A stretch of 60,630 bases of DNA, filler included. It is 4 parts of 4 records of this genome, joined end to end, with 100 filler letters (N's around TTAATTAATTAA, not from the genome) between each part and the next. Parts side by side here need not be neighbours in the genome. Positions count along the whole stretch, not along the records: positions 23,851 to 50,835 come from SRR20825006_1388; 3 more parts are not named here. One strand, given 5' to 3'. Positions 33,824-42,189 of this stretch are shown here, piece after piece (position 1 is the stretch's first letter; each line of letters opens with the position of its first letter). The notes under the pieces are model-generated. The model was given only the letters and a program-made list of their open reading frames with translations. It did not search any database and was not told the origin of the DNA. The position numbers and the translations under genes are program-made.

Positions 33824-35212
33824 ATGAAGCAATCAAAATCAATGAGTCACCGATTGGCCGGATCGTACGATGGCCTTCCAAGGCCGTCGAGAAAACATCT
33901 TCGAAATGAGGCGACGGCCTTGGAAGGCCATCGCACTCCCTCCCGCCGCCGCATCCTGAAGGCGGCCGGCGTCTCGATCGCCCTGCCATTGCTTGAGTCT
34001 CTCAATGCGACCAATGCGGTTGCCGCACCGCAACGGGACGAACCAGCAAAGAGGATGGTCTTTGTCAGCACGGGACTGGGGATGAATCCTCGCACGTTCT
34101 TTCCTGACGAGTTCGGTGCTGATTTCGCTCCGTCCCCGGTTTTGCCAACCATGATGAAGCACCGGGATGAGTTCACGTTGTTCTCGCACATGGATCACCC
34201 GAATGTCTTCACCAAACACGCGGGCATCAGATCTCTGCTGAATGGCGTGCTGAATAAGAACGCCCGTCCTGGCCAAAACATTTCGATCGACCAGGTGGCT
34301 GCGGGTCACGTTGGCTACACCACGCGGTTTCCTTCGCTGCACATTTCGCTCGGTGGTGCCGAGAGTGCTTCGTATAGTTCGTCCGGAATCCTGCTGCGCC
34401 AGGAAACATCGCCGGAGGCTCTGTTCAAGAAACTTTTCGTGGCTGATTCAGCGGCCGCCCGGAAGGCTCGCGCATTGGAACTGGAAGAACAAGGCAGCGT
34501 CCTTGATCTCGTCCGCACCCGGGCCCGCCGATTGGAACGCAGCGTCAGTCGAACCGACCGGGCGAAGTTGGACGAGTACCTGACCGCGATCCGGGAAGCA
34601 GAAGAACGCCTTCAGGGAAAGCGTCGTTGGCAGAACATCCAAAAGCCGGAAGTCTCGAAGAAGGAATACGATCCCGCGGCCCGAGGACACGGCGACTTGG
34701 ACTACGGATTCCTCAGTCCGGTCATGTTCGATTTGTTGGCGCTCGCCCTGCAGTCTGATTCCAGTCGCGTCATCACCGCGAACTTCTCGATGCACAACCG
34801 TATGATCGAAATCGATGGCGTGACGAAGGGCTATCACACGCTTTCACACCATGGAAACCGAGAGAGTCATCTCCGCGAGCTTCAGATCATCGAAACGTTT
34901 TACATGGAGCAGCTATCAAGGTTCATCGGAAGACTGAAGGGAATCAACACGAACGGCGGATCTCTCCTGGATGACACGATGGTGTTCTTCGGCAGCGGTA
35001 TCAGCGACGCATCCCGACACTCCAACCGCAATCTCCCAATCATCCTGGCTGGCGGTGGGCTGAAGCATCAGGGCCACTTCGACGCCGAGCAGCGGCACAA
35101 CGGCAAACAAACTCCACTGAACAATCTTTTTACTACCATGCTTCAGCACTTCGGCATCGAGATCGAATCTTTCAATGGTGCAACCGGAAACCTAAACCAC
35201 GTTCTCGCCTAA
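33824..35212 (+). CDS. DUF1552 domain protein with in-frame REP-derived N-terminal segment
   Basis: SRRRILKAAGVSIALPLLESL, SIDQVAA, KLDEYLTAIREAE, YHTLSHHG, GSLLDDT, NLPIILAGG. Confidence 0.88.
   Translation: MKQSKSMSHRLAGSYDGLPRPSRKHLRNEATALEGHRTPSRRRILKAAGVSIALPLLESLNATNAVAAPQRDEPAKRMVFVSTGLGMNPRTFFPDEFGADFAPSPVLPTMMKHRDEFTLFSHMDHPNVFTKHAGIRSLLNGVLNKNARPGQNISIDQVAAGHVGYTTRFPSLHISLGGAESASYSSSGILLRQETSPEALFKKLFVADSAAARKARALELEEQGSVLDLVRTRARRLERSVSRTDRAKLDEYLTAIREAEERLQGKRRWQNIQKPEVSKKEYDPAARGHGDLDYGFLSPVMFDLLALALQSDSSRVITANFSMHNRMIEIDGVTKGYHTLSHHGNRESHLRELQIIETFYMEQLSRFIGRLKGINTNGGSLLDDTMVFFGSGISDASRHSNRNLPIILAGGGLKHQGHFDAEQRHNGKQTPLNNLFTTMLQHFGIEIESFNGATGNLNHVLA
33865..33936. repeat. REP doublet inside DUF1552 ORF
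   Basis: GTACGATGGCCTTCCAAGGCCGTCG - 22 nt - CGACGGCCTTGGAAGGCCATCGCAC. Confidence 0.9.
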
Positions 35213-35213
35213 C

Positions 35214-35276
35214 GTACGATGGCCTTCCGAGGCCGTCGTCCCACTTTCCCTCGACGGCCTTGGTAGGCCATCGTAC
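35214..35276. repeat. REP doublet (intergenic, upstream of RAYT remnant)
   Basis: GTACGATGGCCTTCCGAGGCCGTCG - 13 nt - CGACGGCCTTGGTAGGCCATCGTAC. Confidence 0.9.
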
Positions 35277-35289
35277 ATGTGACACATCG

Positions 35290-35604
35290 ATGACGGACCA
35301 CTTCAAACTGCCAGCGTCTCCTGGATTCCGCCGTCTTCATCCGGATCTGTCTGTCCGTATGTACCACCGCCATTTGCCGCATTGGCGGCAAGACGGTGCA
35401 ACTTACGCAGTTACTTTCCGGCTTGCCGATTCGATTCCACAGGAACATGTGAGAGACCTGAAACGCTGGCGCGAAATCTGGGAACGTTCTCATCCGCAAC
35501 CGCGCTCGGAGGCCTGGTTGGATGAAGGGCACCCTCGCGAACAATGGGTTCGCTGGATTCACTCGGAATGGGACGAAATGGGATGGGGATTCAAAGATGA
35601 GTAA
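35290..35604 (+). pseudogene. Truncated REP-associated tyrosine transposase (RAYT / Y1 transposase) N-terminus
   Basis: YHRHLPHWRQDGATYAVTFRLADSIP resembles the RAYT-type N-terminus; no HUH motif or catalytic Tyr region before the stop; REP doublets on both sides. Confidence 0.75.
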
Positions 35605-38152
35605 ATCCGATTCGTACGATGGCCTTCCAACGCCGTCGGAGTTTTGCTTGTGGTCCCGGATTCGACGGTCTTGGAAGGCGATCGTACTGTTGGTCATCTT
35701 GGTGTCCTCGGCACCAATCCACGCCAACGACCAGTACGCACCCATCCAACCGTTCCTCAATCGCTACTGCGTTGGTTGTCACGGCGAGACCAAGCAGAAG
35801 GGCGAAGTGCGTCTGGATGACTTTGCCCAAATCGATGGCGCTCTTTGGAACGATGTCCACGACCAAATCCATGACGCCAGTATGCCGCCAGAGGACGCAC
35901 GTCAACCGACGGCGAAGGAACGCAGCGACATCGCGAAACTTGTTCTGCAGATCTCACGCGACGAATCCTTTTCCATCTCGACAGGGTTTCGGCGTCTGAA
36001 CCGCCGCGAATTTCGCAACACCGTCCGTGACCTGCTTGGCCTGAAACCCGGCATCTATGATCCGGCAGCCCGAGTCTTCAAAGACGAGATCGAGGGTGGC
36101 TTTGACACCAACGCGGACGAACTGGTCATCTCCAACGAACTGCTTTTGGAGTACCTCGAATCAGCCGAACACAGTCTGCGCATGGCTCTTTACCTGGAGG
36201 ACCTCTCGCCTCCCGCGACCACGGTCGTCGAGTACAACGCTGGGAGTCTGCAGAGCGGCGATCGACGTTTTACCACGAACAAAAAGAACGCGACTGTCCT
36301 GCGAGGCTCCGGGCAGTACTCCACAAGCAAAGGTCCACGCGAGGTCGCGATTGCGGGCAACTACCGGGTCACGGTCACGGCCGCTGGAGTGGATCGCAAC
36401 AACTATGGCAGGATGAAATTCCCGCCTGCAAGCGGTCCAATCCGAATGGGAATCGGCACACGGTTGGACAGCGAGGGCCAAACGTCCGCTTCCAAGCTGG
36501 TGAAGTCTTTTGATCTGCAAGATGACGAGTTCCAGGAATACAGCGTTGTCATGTGGCTCGAGAAAGGAGCCTACCCGTGGGTTGGGTTTTTGAATGGTGC
36601 CGGCAAGCCCGCGTCCAGCGTCCGCCAGGCAATCCGGCAACGGAAAGTCGATCCGAAAGAGGTGAGCCCACAGAACTACCAAGGCCCGGGCGTGGAAGTG
36701 AGTCGGCTCACGGTCGAAGGTCCGTTGGATCCGGAGTGGCCGCCTGCAACTTACCGGACCGTCTTCCAAGCAGACGAGATGCCCGACTTCGAAAACGCCA
36801 AAGTCCGCGTGTCGCTGATCGAAAGATTCTTGACGCGTGCGTTCCGTCGTCCTTCGAACGAACAGGATGTGCGGGACTACGTCAAGTTTCTCAACGAAAA
36901 GTATGATGACCTTCCGAGGCCATCGCGAACAAGCCGCAGGAACTCTTCGGCCTTGGAAGGCCAGCGTTCACGTTGGCAGGAGGCATTCATCAAGACATTT
37001 GCCGCGATCATGGCCTCGCACGATTTCCTCTACATCAAAGAAGAGATCGGCCCGCTTCCGCCGTACGAGCTGGCCAGCCGTCTGTCTTATTTCCTTTGGA
37101 GCACCATGCCCGACGAGGAATTGTTCCAGCTCGCGAGGTCGGGCACGATTCTCGACGCGGACGTCTACGCGGGGCAGGTCGAACGAATGCTCCGCGATCC
37201 GAGAACGGATGAATTCGTCCGCGGATTCGCCACCCAATGGCTCTCGCTTGATTCGCTTGGAACCATGCCGCCGGACATCAAAGACCGACGCTACTCGGCT
37301 TACCACCGAGGCAAATACGAAGCTGCCTTTCGCAACGAGACGCTGCACTTCTTCCGGCATGTCCTGTATGAAAACCAGCCTGTCGGCGACTTCCTCGATT
37401 CCGACTATGCGATCATCAATGAAACTCTAGCAAACGTCTACAACCTACCGTTCCCCCGTAAGATGGCCTTCCAAGGCCGTCGAAACAGAGACTTCAAACC
37501 AAGCCCCGACGGCCTTGGAAGGCCATCGTACGAACAACTTCTGACATCCACTGGATTCCGGCGAGTCTCACTCCCCAAGGGATCGATGCGCGGCGGTTTG
37601 CTGGGACAGGGCAGCATCCTCGCTCTGACGTCCAACGGTGTCGAAACTTTGCCCGTCACCCGTGGTCACTGGATCCTCGACGAGCTTCTGGGGACGCCAC
37701 CGCCTCCTCCACCGGAAGAGGTTCCGGCTCTGGTTCCCGATCTGAACGGAGTGGACACACCACGCGACCAACTCGTTCGTCACCGGAAAGACCCAGCCTG
37801 CTTCGAATGCCACAAACAGATGGACCCGCTCGGCCTTGCTCTGGAAAGCTTCGATGTCATCGGCAGATACCGAACGACTTACGAGACCGGTCCCAAGATC
37901 GATCCATCCGGCGAGATGTTTGGTACTAGGTTCAAGGACGTGACAGAGCTACGTCAAATCCTCCGGTCCCAAGAAGATCAGTTCGCAAAGAGCCTGATGA
38001 TCAAGCTGGCTGAATACGCCAAAGGGCGACGGCTGAACCGGCGCGATCTCGATCTTGTGGATCAGCTCGCAGCGAAATCGAAGAGGGATGACTATCGATT
38101 CCAATCATTGCTGCGTCACCTCCTGCTGAGCGACCTCATGCGTGACCGCTGA
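35597..38152 (+). CDS. DUF1592/DUF1588 planctomycete cytochrome-c-motif protein carrying three in-frame REP segments
   Basis: [79 protein letters not shown]. Confidence 0.9.
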   Translation: MSKSDSYDGLPTPSEFCLWSRIRRSWKAIVLLVILVSSAPIHANDQYAPIQPFLNRYCVGCHGETKQKGEVRLDDFAQIDGALWNDVHDQIHDASMPPEDARQPTAKERSDIAKLVLQISRDESFSISTGFRRLNRREFRNTVRDLLGLKPGIYDPAARVFKDEIEGGFDTNADELVISNELLLEYLESAEHSLRMALYLEDLSPPATTVVEYNAGSLQSGDRRFTTNKKNATVLRGSGQYSTSKGPREVAIAGNYRVTVTAAGVDRNNYGRMKFPPASGPIRMGIGTRLDSEGQTSASKLVKSFDLQDDEFQEYSVVMWLEKGAYPWVGFLNGAGKPASSVRQAIRQRKVDPKEVSPQNYQGPGVEVSRLTVEGPLDPEWPPATYRTVFQADEMPDFENAKVRVSLIERFLTRAFRRPSNEQDVRDYVKFLNEKYDDLPRPSRTSRRNSSALEGQRSRWQEAFIKTFAAIMASHDFLYIKEEIGPLPPYELASRLSYFLWSTMPDEELFQLARSGTILDADVYAGQVERMLRDPRTDEFVRGFATQWLSLDSLGTMPPDIKDRRYSAYHRGKYEAAFRNETLHFFRHVLYENQPVGDFLDSDYAIINETLANVYNLPFPRKMAFQGRRNRDFKPSPDGLGRPSYEQLLTSTGFRRVSLPKGSMRGGLLGQGSILALTSNGVETLPVTRGHWILDELLGTPPPPPPEEVPALVPDLNGVDTPRDQLVRHRKDPACFECHKQMDPLGLALESFDVIGRYRTTYETGPKIDPSGEMFGTRFKDVTELRQILRSQEDQFAKSLMIKLAEYAKGRRLNRRDLDLVDQLAAKSKRDDYRFQSLLRHLLLSDLMRDR
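35614..35687. repeat. REP doublet in 5' end of DUF1592 ORF
   Basis: GTACGATGGCCTTCCAACGCCGTCG - 24 nt - CGACGGTCTTGGAAGGCGATCGTAC. Confidence 0.9.
36901..36969. repeat. REP doublet inside DUF1592 ORF (diverged)
   Basis: GTATGATGACCTTCCGAGGCCATCG - 19 nt - CTTCGGCCTTGGAAGGCCAGCGTTC. Confidence 0.8.
37458..37531. repeat. REP doublet inside DUF1592 ORF
   Basis: GTAAGATGGCCTTCCAAGGCCGTCG - 24 nt - CGACGGCCTTGGAAGGCCATCGTAC. Confidence 0.9.
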
Positions 38153-38160
38153 ACCCACGC

Positions 38161-38268
38161 TACCCCGACGTCCCTGTGATTCCTTGCGTCTCGGACATAA
38201 CGAGTGGTGCGTACGCGGTGACGATTCCCGAAGCCTTGAAGCCCCTTGGTTATGTCAGCGTTCACATC
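38161..38268 (+). pseudogene. Sulfatase gene remnant, homologous to 32271-32378
   Basis: Translates as [36 protein letters not shown], versus [36 protein letters not shown] in the upstream sulfatase. Confidence 0.85.
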
Positions 38269-38429
38269 CCAAAGCTCAATCCGAATCACATCCTCGCTGC
38301 CTAAAGCAAGTCGAAGGAGTACGCACAGCGGATCCAATAGGGACCATTCTTCGGCAGCAGGCAAGTGAGAGAGGACGAGTGATACGACGTGTCAAAGTTC
38401 TCGCTTGCCTACTGCAACTTGTCCCTCAT

Positions 38430-39617
38430 TCAGCGTGTTTCGCGGAGCAGTGCATCGGTCTCTTCGATGCGGAAGCGAGTGGTCACGACCGAGTGTTTTT
38501 CTGGGCCGGGGCGATACTTGATGTAGGTGGTCGCCACGATCGTTCCATCGGGCAACAACTCGACGCCAGGATAACCACAATCGCGAACGTTCTTCGCGTG
38601 ACTGTGCAAGAGCTTGATACGATATTGCCCGGGCCGATTCTCGCGAATGTCCTCATAGGTTCCCACCCAAGCCACGAAGTGCCCAAGCGTCGGGCTGCCA
38701 GGAGCCTGATCGCGAAACGCGAACACCCAGCGACCGTCCGGCAACGCCACGCCGATGTGCCGATCGCCCGACAATCCCCATGGCGTATCAACAGGCGTGC
38801 TCCAGGTCTGCCCCTCGTCACGAGAGAACATCATCAAACTGCGACCGCGGTGCGTGTTCTCTCGCATCAGGCAGCACAGCTCTTCGCCGTCAGGTGAACG
38901 AAACACAAACGGCTCGCAGGGATTCTTTCCTTCCACCTCCGCGACAACTCGCGGCTCAGACCACGTGAACCCGCCGTCCGCCGTGATGGTTTGCAACACG
39001 GTCAACGGTGCTTTGTCTTTGCCGTCCGGTCCTTTGTGATACAGCCCCAACGTTCGGCCATCTTTCAGTGTCACCACGCTACTGAACGTCATCACACATG
39101 GAAAACCAAGTGGTGGCATCTCCGTCCAAGTCTTCCCATCATCTTCGCTCATGATGCTCGGCATTCCCGGACCGCCACGCTGATTGAGCGCCGCCGAGAA
39201 CACCCACAATCGTGGCTTCCCCTCGGGATCCGCAATCCGATAGATACTCGGACAATTCTGATGCTTGGAGAAATTGGGCGGCAACTGATCATCCAGTCGC
39301 GACCACGTCAGTCCACCATCCTCGCTCTTGGCCATCGGGCCGGCGGAGCCACCGTGATTGACACACCAAACACAATAGATCGTGTCGCTCTCCGGCAACC
39401 TCAACGTCGTCGGGTGGCCTTGATAGACTTCTTCTGTTCCCGCAGCGATGACGACCTGGCGTTCTGTTTGCTGCGACAAATCCACGACCGGTAGATCAGG
39501 ACCATCGCCGGATGCAACCGAAGTGGCCGAGATGATTCCAGCCATCCAAAGCAAAGGAAGGCAAGCCAAAACAGAGAACAGATTGCTTCGACCAGAGAGC
39601 GATCGATTCATGGTCAT
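38430..39617 (-). CDS. Sialidase-family / BNR Asp-box beta-propeller protein
   Basis: Asp boxes [37 protein letters not shown]; signal peptide. Confidence 0.85.
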   Translation of the reverse strand: MTMNRSLSGRSNLFSVLACLPLLWMAGIISATSVASGDGPDLPVVDLSQQTERQVVIAAGTEEVYQGHPTTLRLPESDTIYCVWCVNHGGSAGPMAKSEDGGLTWSRLDDQLPPNFSKHQNCPSIYRIADPEGKPRLWVFSAALNQRGGPGMPSIMSEDDGKTWTEMPPLGFPCVMTFSSVVTLKDGRTLGLYHKGPDGKDKAPLTVLQTITADGGFTWSEPRVVAEVEGKNPCEPFVFRSPDGEELCCLMRENTHRGRSLMMFSRDEGQTWSTPVDTPWGLSGDRHIGVALPDGRWVFAFRDQAPGSPTLGHFVAWVGTYEDIRENRPGQYRIKLLHSHAKNVRDCGYPGVELLPDGTIVATTYIKYRPGPEKHSVVTTRFRIEETDALLRETR

Positions 39618-39718
39618 TTCCAGTGGGGATACGAGGTGGGACTTCGATTCAAAACCGAAAGTCTACTCGCTTCCCAAGTCGTTTTGGCAACGACCGCGTC
39701 ACGGATGGTCGAGCCAGG

Positions 39719-41416
39719 TCAATCAAACCCGTTGCCAGCCTCATAAAGCTCTTTGACTTGCTCGGCGGAGAAAGCTCCGTCGAAGATAGCCACTTCATCG
39801 ATCCGGCCTCGCAGTTCTCGGTTGTAGCGAACCGATTCGACGCGAAGGGATGACTCGCCCGCACTTGCCTGTTCATCTGAATTCACAGCAACCGGATCCG
39901 CGACCGTTGTTCCGAAAGCACCGATGGTGCACGGACCAAAGGCAAGCGACGTCGTGTTTTCCCATTTTCTTTGCTGCGCGAGTTCGCCATCGATGTAGTA
40001 GGTGGCCTCACGCTTTTGAGCGTCAATCGATGCCACCAAATGCGTCCATCGCCCCAGAGGAACTTTCTTTTGCGCCGAATGAATCGTGTAGGCATGCGAC
40101 ACACCAACGCTCATCCCACCGTTCCTTTGGATGTTCCAATGGTGCTCACCGGATTGCCAGTCTCGCGTGTTGAAAAACGCCTGCAACGCTTGATCAAAAC
40201 GATTGACCTGAATCCATCCGGAGATCGTGAGTGCATCAAAGGTCCCAGGGACATCCAATTCCACACGATCACCAGCACGTTCCAGCAACAAGGCTCCCTT
40301 GTTCGGCCAGCGGCCTGTCGCCCAGATGCAACCTTGGATTTGCCCATCAATGCCCAACCCGGATTGACTCCGATCGCGAAGCAACGTGGGAGCGTCCGCG
40401 TCCGGCTCAAAATCAAAGTACAAAAGCGTCGAAGGATCTTCGCGCCGCGCCGTGCTGTCGGCGAGCCAACGCTGGTATCCGATTTTGCTGCGAGTTGTGA
40501 ACGCGACATCATCCGTCGACGAAAGATGCTTGGTGCCCACCGAGGTCAAGTGCACAGCGGTGTCCTCCTGGATCCGCCGCGAAGGCAAGTTGGCGGTGTG
40601 CACGTTGACCTCGCCGGCAAAAACGTGCAGCTCCACGTCTTGTTCTTCGCTGACATAGACACCGAATTCGGTGCCCAGGTCTTCGACATCCGCCGTGGGT
40701 GTTTGAATCACAAAGCCATGGCCGGTCTCGGGAACGATCGCGCGTGCTCGCCCCGCGTCCATCCTCATCCGTAGTGAATTGACGACGGTGAACCGTGCTG
40801 GTGCCTCGATCGACACATCGACCCCACTGTCAAAACGAAGCGTGATGGAACCTTCGGTGAGTTCGTAATCACCCTTTTCAAAGGAGTTGTTCTGAGGCGA
40901 CAAACCTTCGTTGAACCGGTGGTTGTACCCCGTCACCAACCAAGCCACTTCGGACGAGTCCTGCGTGACTGGCTCGTCGTCAACGGACTGCGGTGCCGTT
41001 GTCGACTCCGGCTGCGAATGAGCCACGGTGGGCTCGGGCGACGCTTTCCAAACGCCAGAGGACAACACGCCAACCACAGCAAGCAAACTGGCCGCAGCAG
41101 CGATCGTCAGCCATCGTGCATCGATTGGTTGACGAGATGCAGTGACAGGCAATCGCGGTTCGAGCGTCTCAGATTCGCTGGAGCTCGACAGGCGAGAACT
41201 CGCTTCGCTTGGCAGGAACGGCCGCGAATTTTCGTCCTCGCCGATGTCTTCGTTCCAGTAGTGTCGCAACTGCGCATCAATCGCAGCGGCGCGGCGAAAC
41301 CGGTCTCGGTAGCTTCGCTTTGCTTCCAATGCCAACCGGAGTTCGGCTTGCTCGGTTTCGTTCAACTCCCCGAGAAAGTACTTCTCGATCAAGTCATGGA
41401 TCTGTTGTTCGTTCAT
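39719..41416 (-). CDS. FecR + LamG domain anti-sigma factor
   Basis: TM helix, IEAPARF, GFVIQTP...EDLGTEFGV...HVFAGEV, LamG-like WTHLV...YIDG...GRIDEVAIF. Confidence 0.85.
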   Translation of the reverse strand: MNEQQIHDLIEKYFLGELNETEQAELRLALEAKRSYRDRFRRAAAIDAQLRHYWNEDIGEDENSRPFLPSEASSRLSSSSESETLEPRLPVTASRQPIDARWLTIAAAASLLAVVGVLSSGVWKASPEPTVAHSQPESTTAPQSVDDEPVTQDSSEVAWLVTGYNHRFNEGLSPQNNSFEKGDYELTEGSITLRFDSGVDVSIEAPARFTVVNSLRMRMDAGRARAIVPETGHGFVIQTPTADVEDLGTEFGVYVSEEQDVELHVFAGEVNVHTANLPSRRIQEDTAVHLTSVGTKHLSSTDDVAFTTRSKIGYQRWLADSTARREDPSTLLYFDFEPDADAPTLLRDRSQSGLGIDGQIQGCIWATGRWPNKGALLLERAGDRVELDVPGTFDALTISGWIQVNRFDQALQAFFNTRDWQSGEHHWNIQRNGGMSVGVSHAYTIHSAQKKVPLGRWTHLVASIDAQKREATYYIDGELAQQRKWENTTSLAFGPCTIGAFGTTVADPVAVNSDEQASAGESSLRVESVRYNRELRGRIDEVAIFDGAFSAEQVKELYEAGNGFD

Positions 41417-41427
41417 GAGAAGAGAGT

Positions 41428-41958
41428 TCAGAGAGGGAGATCGAAATCGGCCGAGGAAAGTCGCTGCACCACACAGTCGTGCAACTTCACGCGGAGACGT
41501 CCGATCCGCTTGTACAAACTATTCGCGGAATGCCCACCCGCTTCCGCCAAAGCCAACACGCCACCTCGCGAGGTGTGAGGAGCCAGCAACAGCTTTTGAT
41601 GGTCTTCGCTGAACGACTGCAGACAATGCTGGATCGCGGATTGCTGTGCCTGCCGCATTTCCGCTTCGTCCTCTGCGGATTCATCCATCAATTTGGAGAT
41701 CAACTCTTCGCTGAGCACCCAATTCTGGCGAGCATGCCGACGCCTCGCTTTCAAAATTTCGAAACGCAAGATGACTTTGGACCAAGGCAGAAACTCGTCG
41801 TCCGATTCCAGTTGATGAATCTTTCTCCACATCACCAAACTAGCTTCCTGCAGCACATCGTCGACGGCGTTCCAATCCGGCAGAAACGCGCGAGCGATGC
41901 TGGCGAGTTCTCGCTCGTGCTTGAGGAACAGTGATAAGAAACGACCTTCGTCCATCAT
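41428..41958 (-). CDS. ECF sigma-70 factor (Rhodopirellula/Verrucomicrobium type)
   Basis: DDVLQEASLVMWRK, FLPW, LYKRIGRLRVKLHDCV; co-oriented with the FecR gene. Confidence 0.88.
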   Translation of the reverse strand: MMDEGRFLSLFLKHERELASIARAFLPDWNAVDDVLQEASLVMWRKIHQLESDDEFLPWSKVILRFEILKARRRHARQNWVLSEELISKLMDESAEDEAEMRQAQQSAIQHCLQSFSEDHQKLLLAPHTSRGGVLALAEAGGHSANSLYKRIGRLRVKLHDCVVQRLSSADFDLPL

Positions 41959-42189
41959 CGATTGGGTTCAACTGAGGGGAAGATTGGAGATCGATCGAGC
42001 CTACCCGCGGGCCGCCTGATGTTGTCACGCCACCAACAAACTCCCGCCAACAAACGAACTTGCCGGTCGAAATCGGAAAAAAACGAATAAAAGGCAGGCA
42101 GGTTCCTTCGTCAGCGGGAGTATGCAGGACAACCACCGATCACAATCGGTGTTTTTCTGGCGTGCACGCGTCTCGTAGCGAGGTTTTTT

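Noticed and set aside
33865-37531. Repeat-spacer-repeat units as a CRISPR array
   Set aside because: Arms are inverted pairs dispersed over kilobases, spacers are 13-24 nt, and no cas genes are present.
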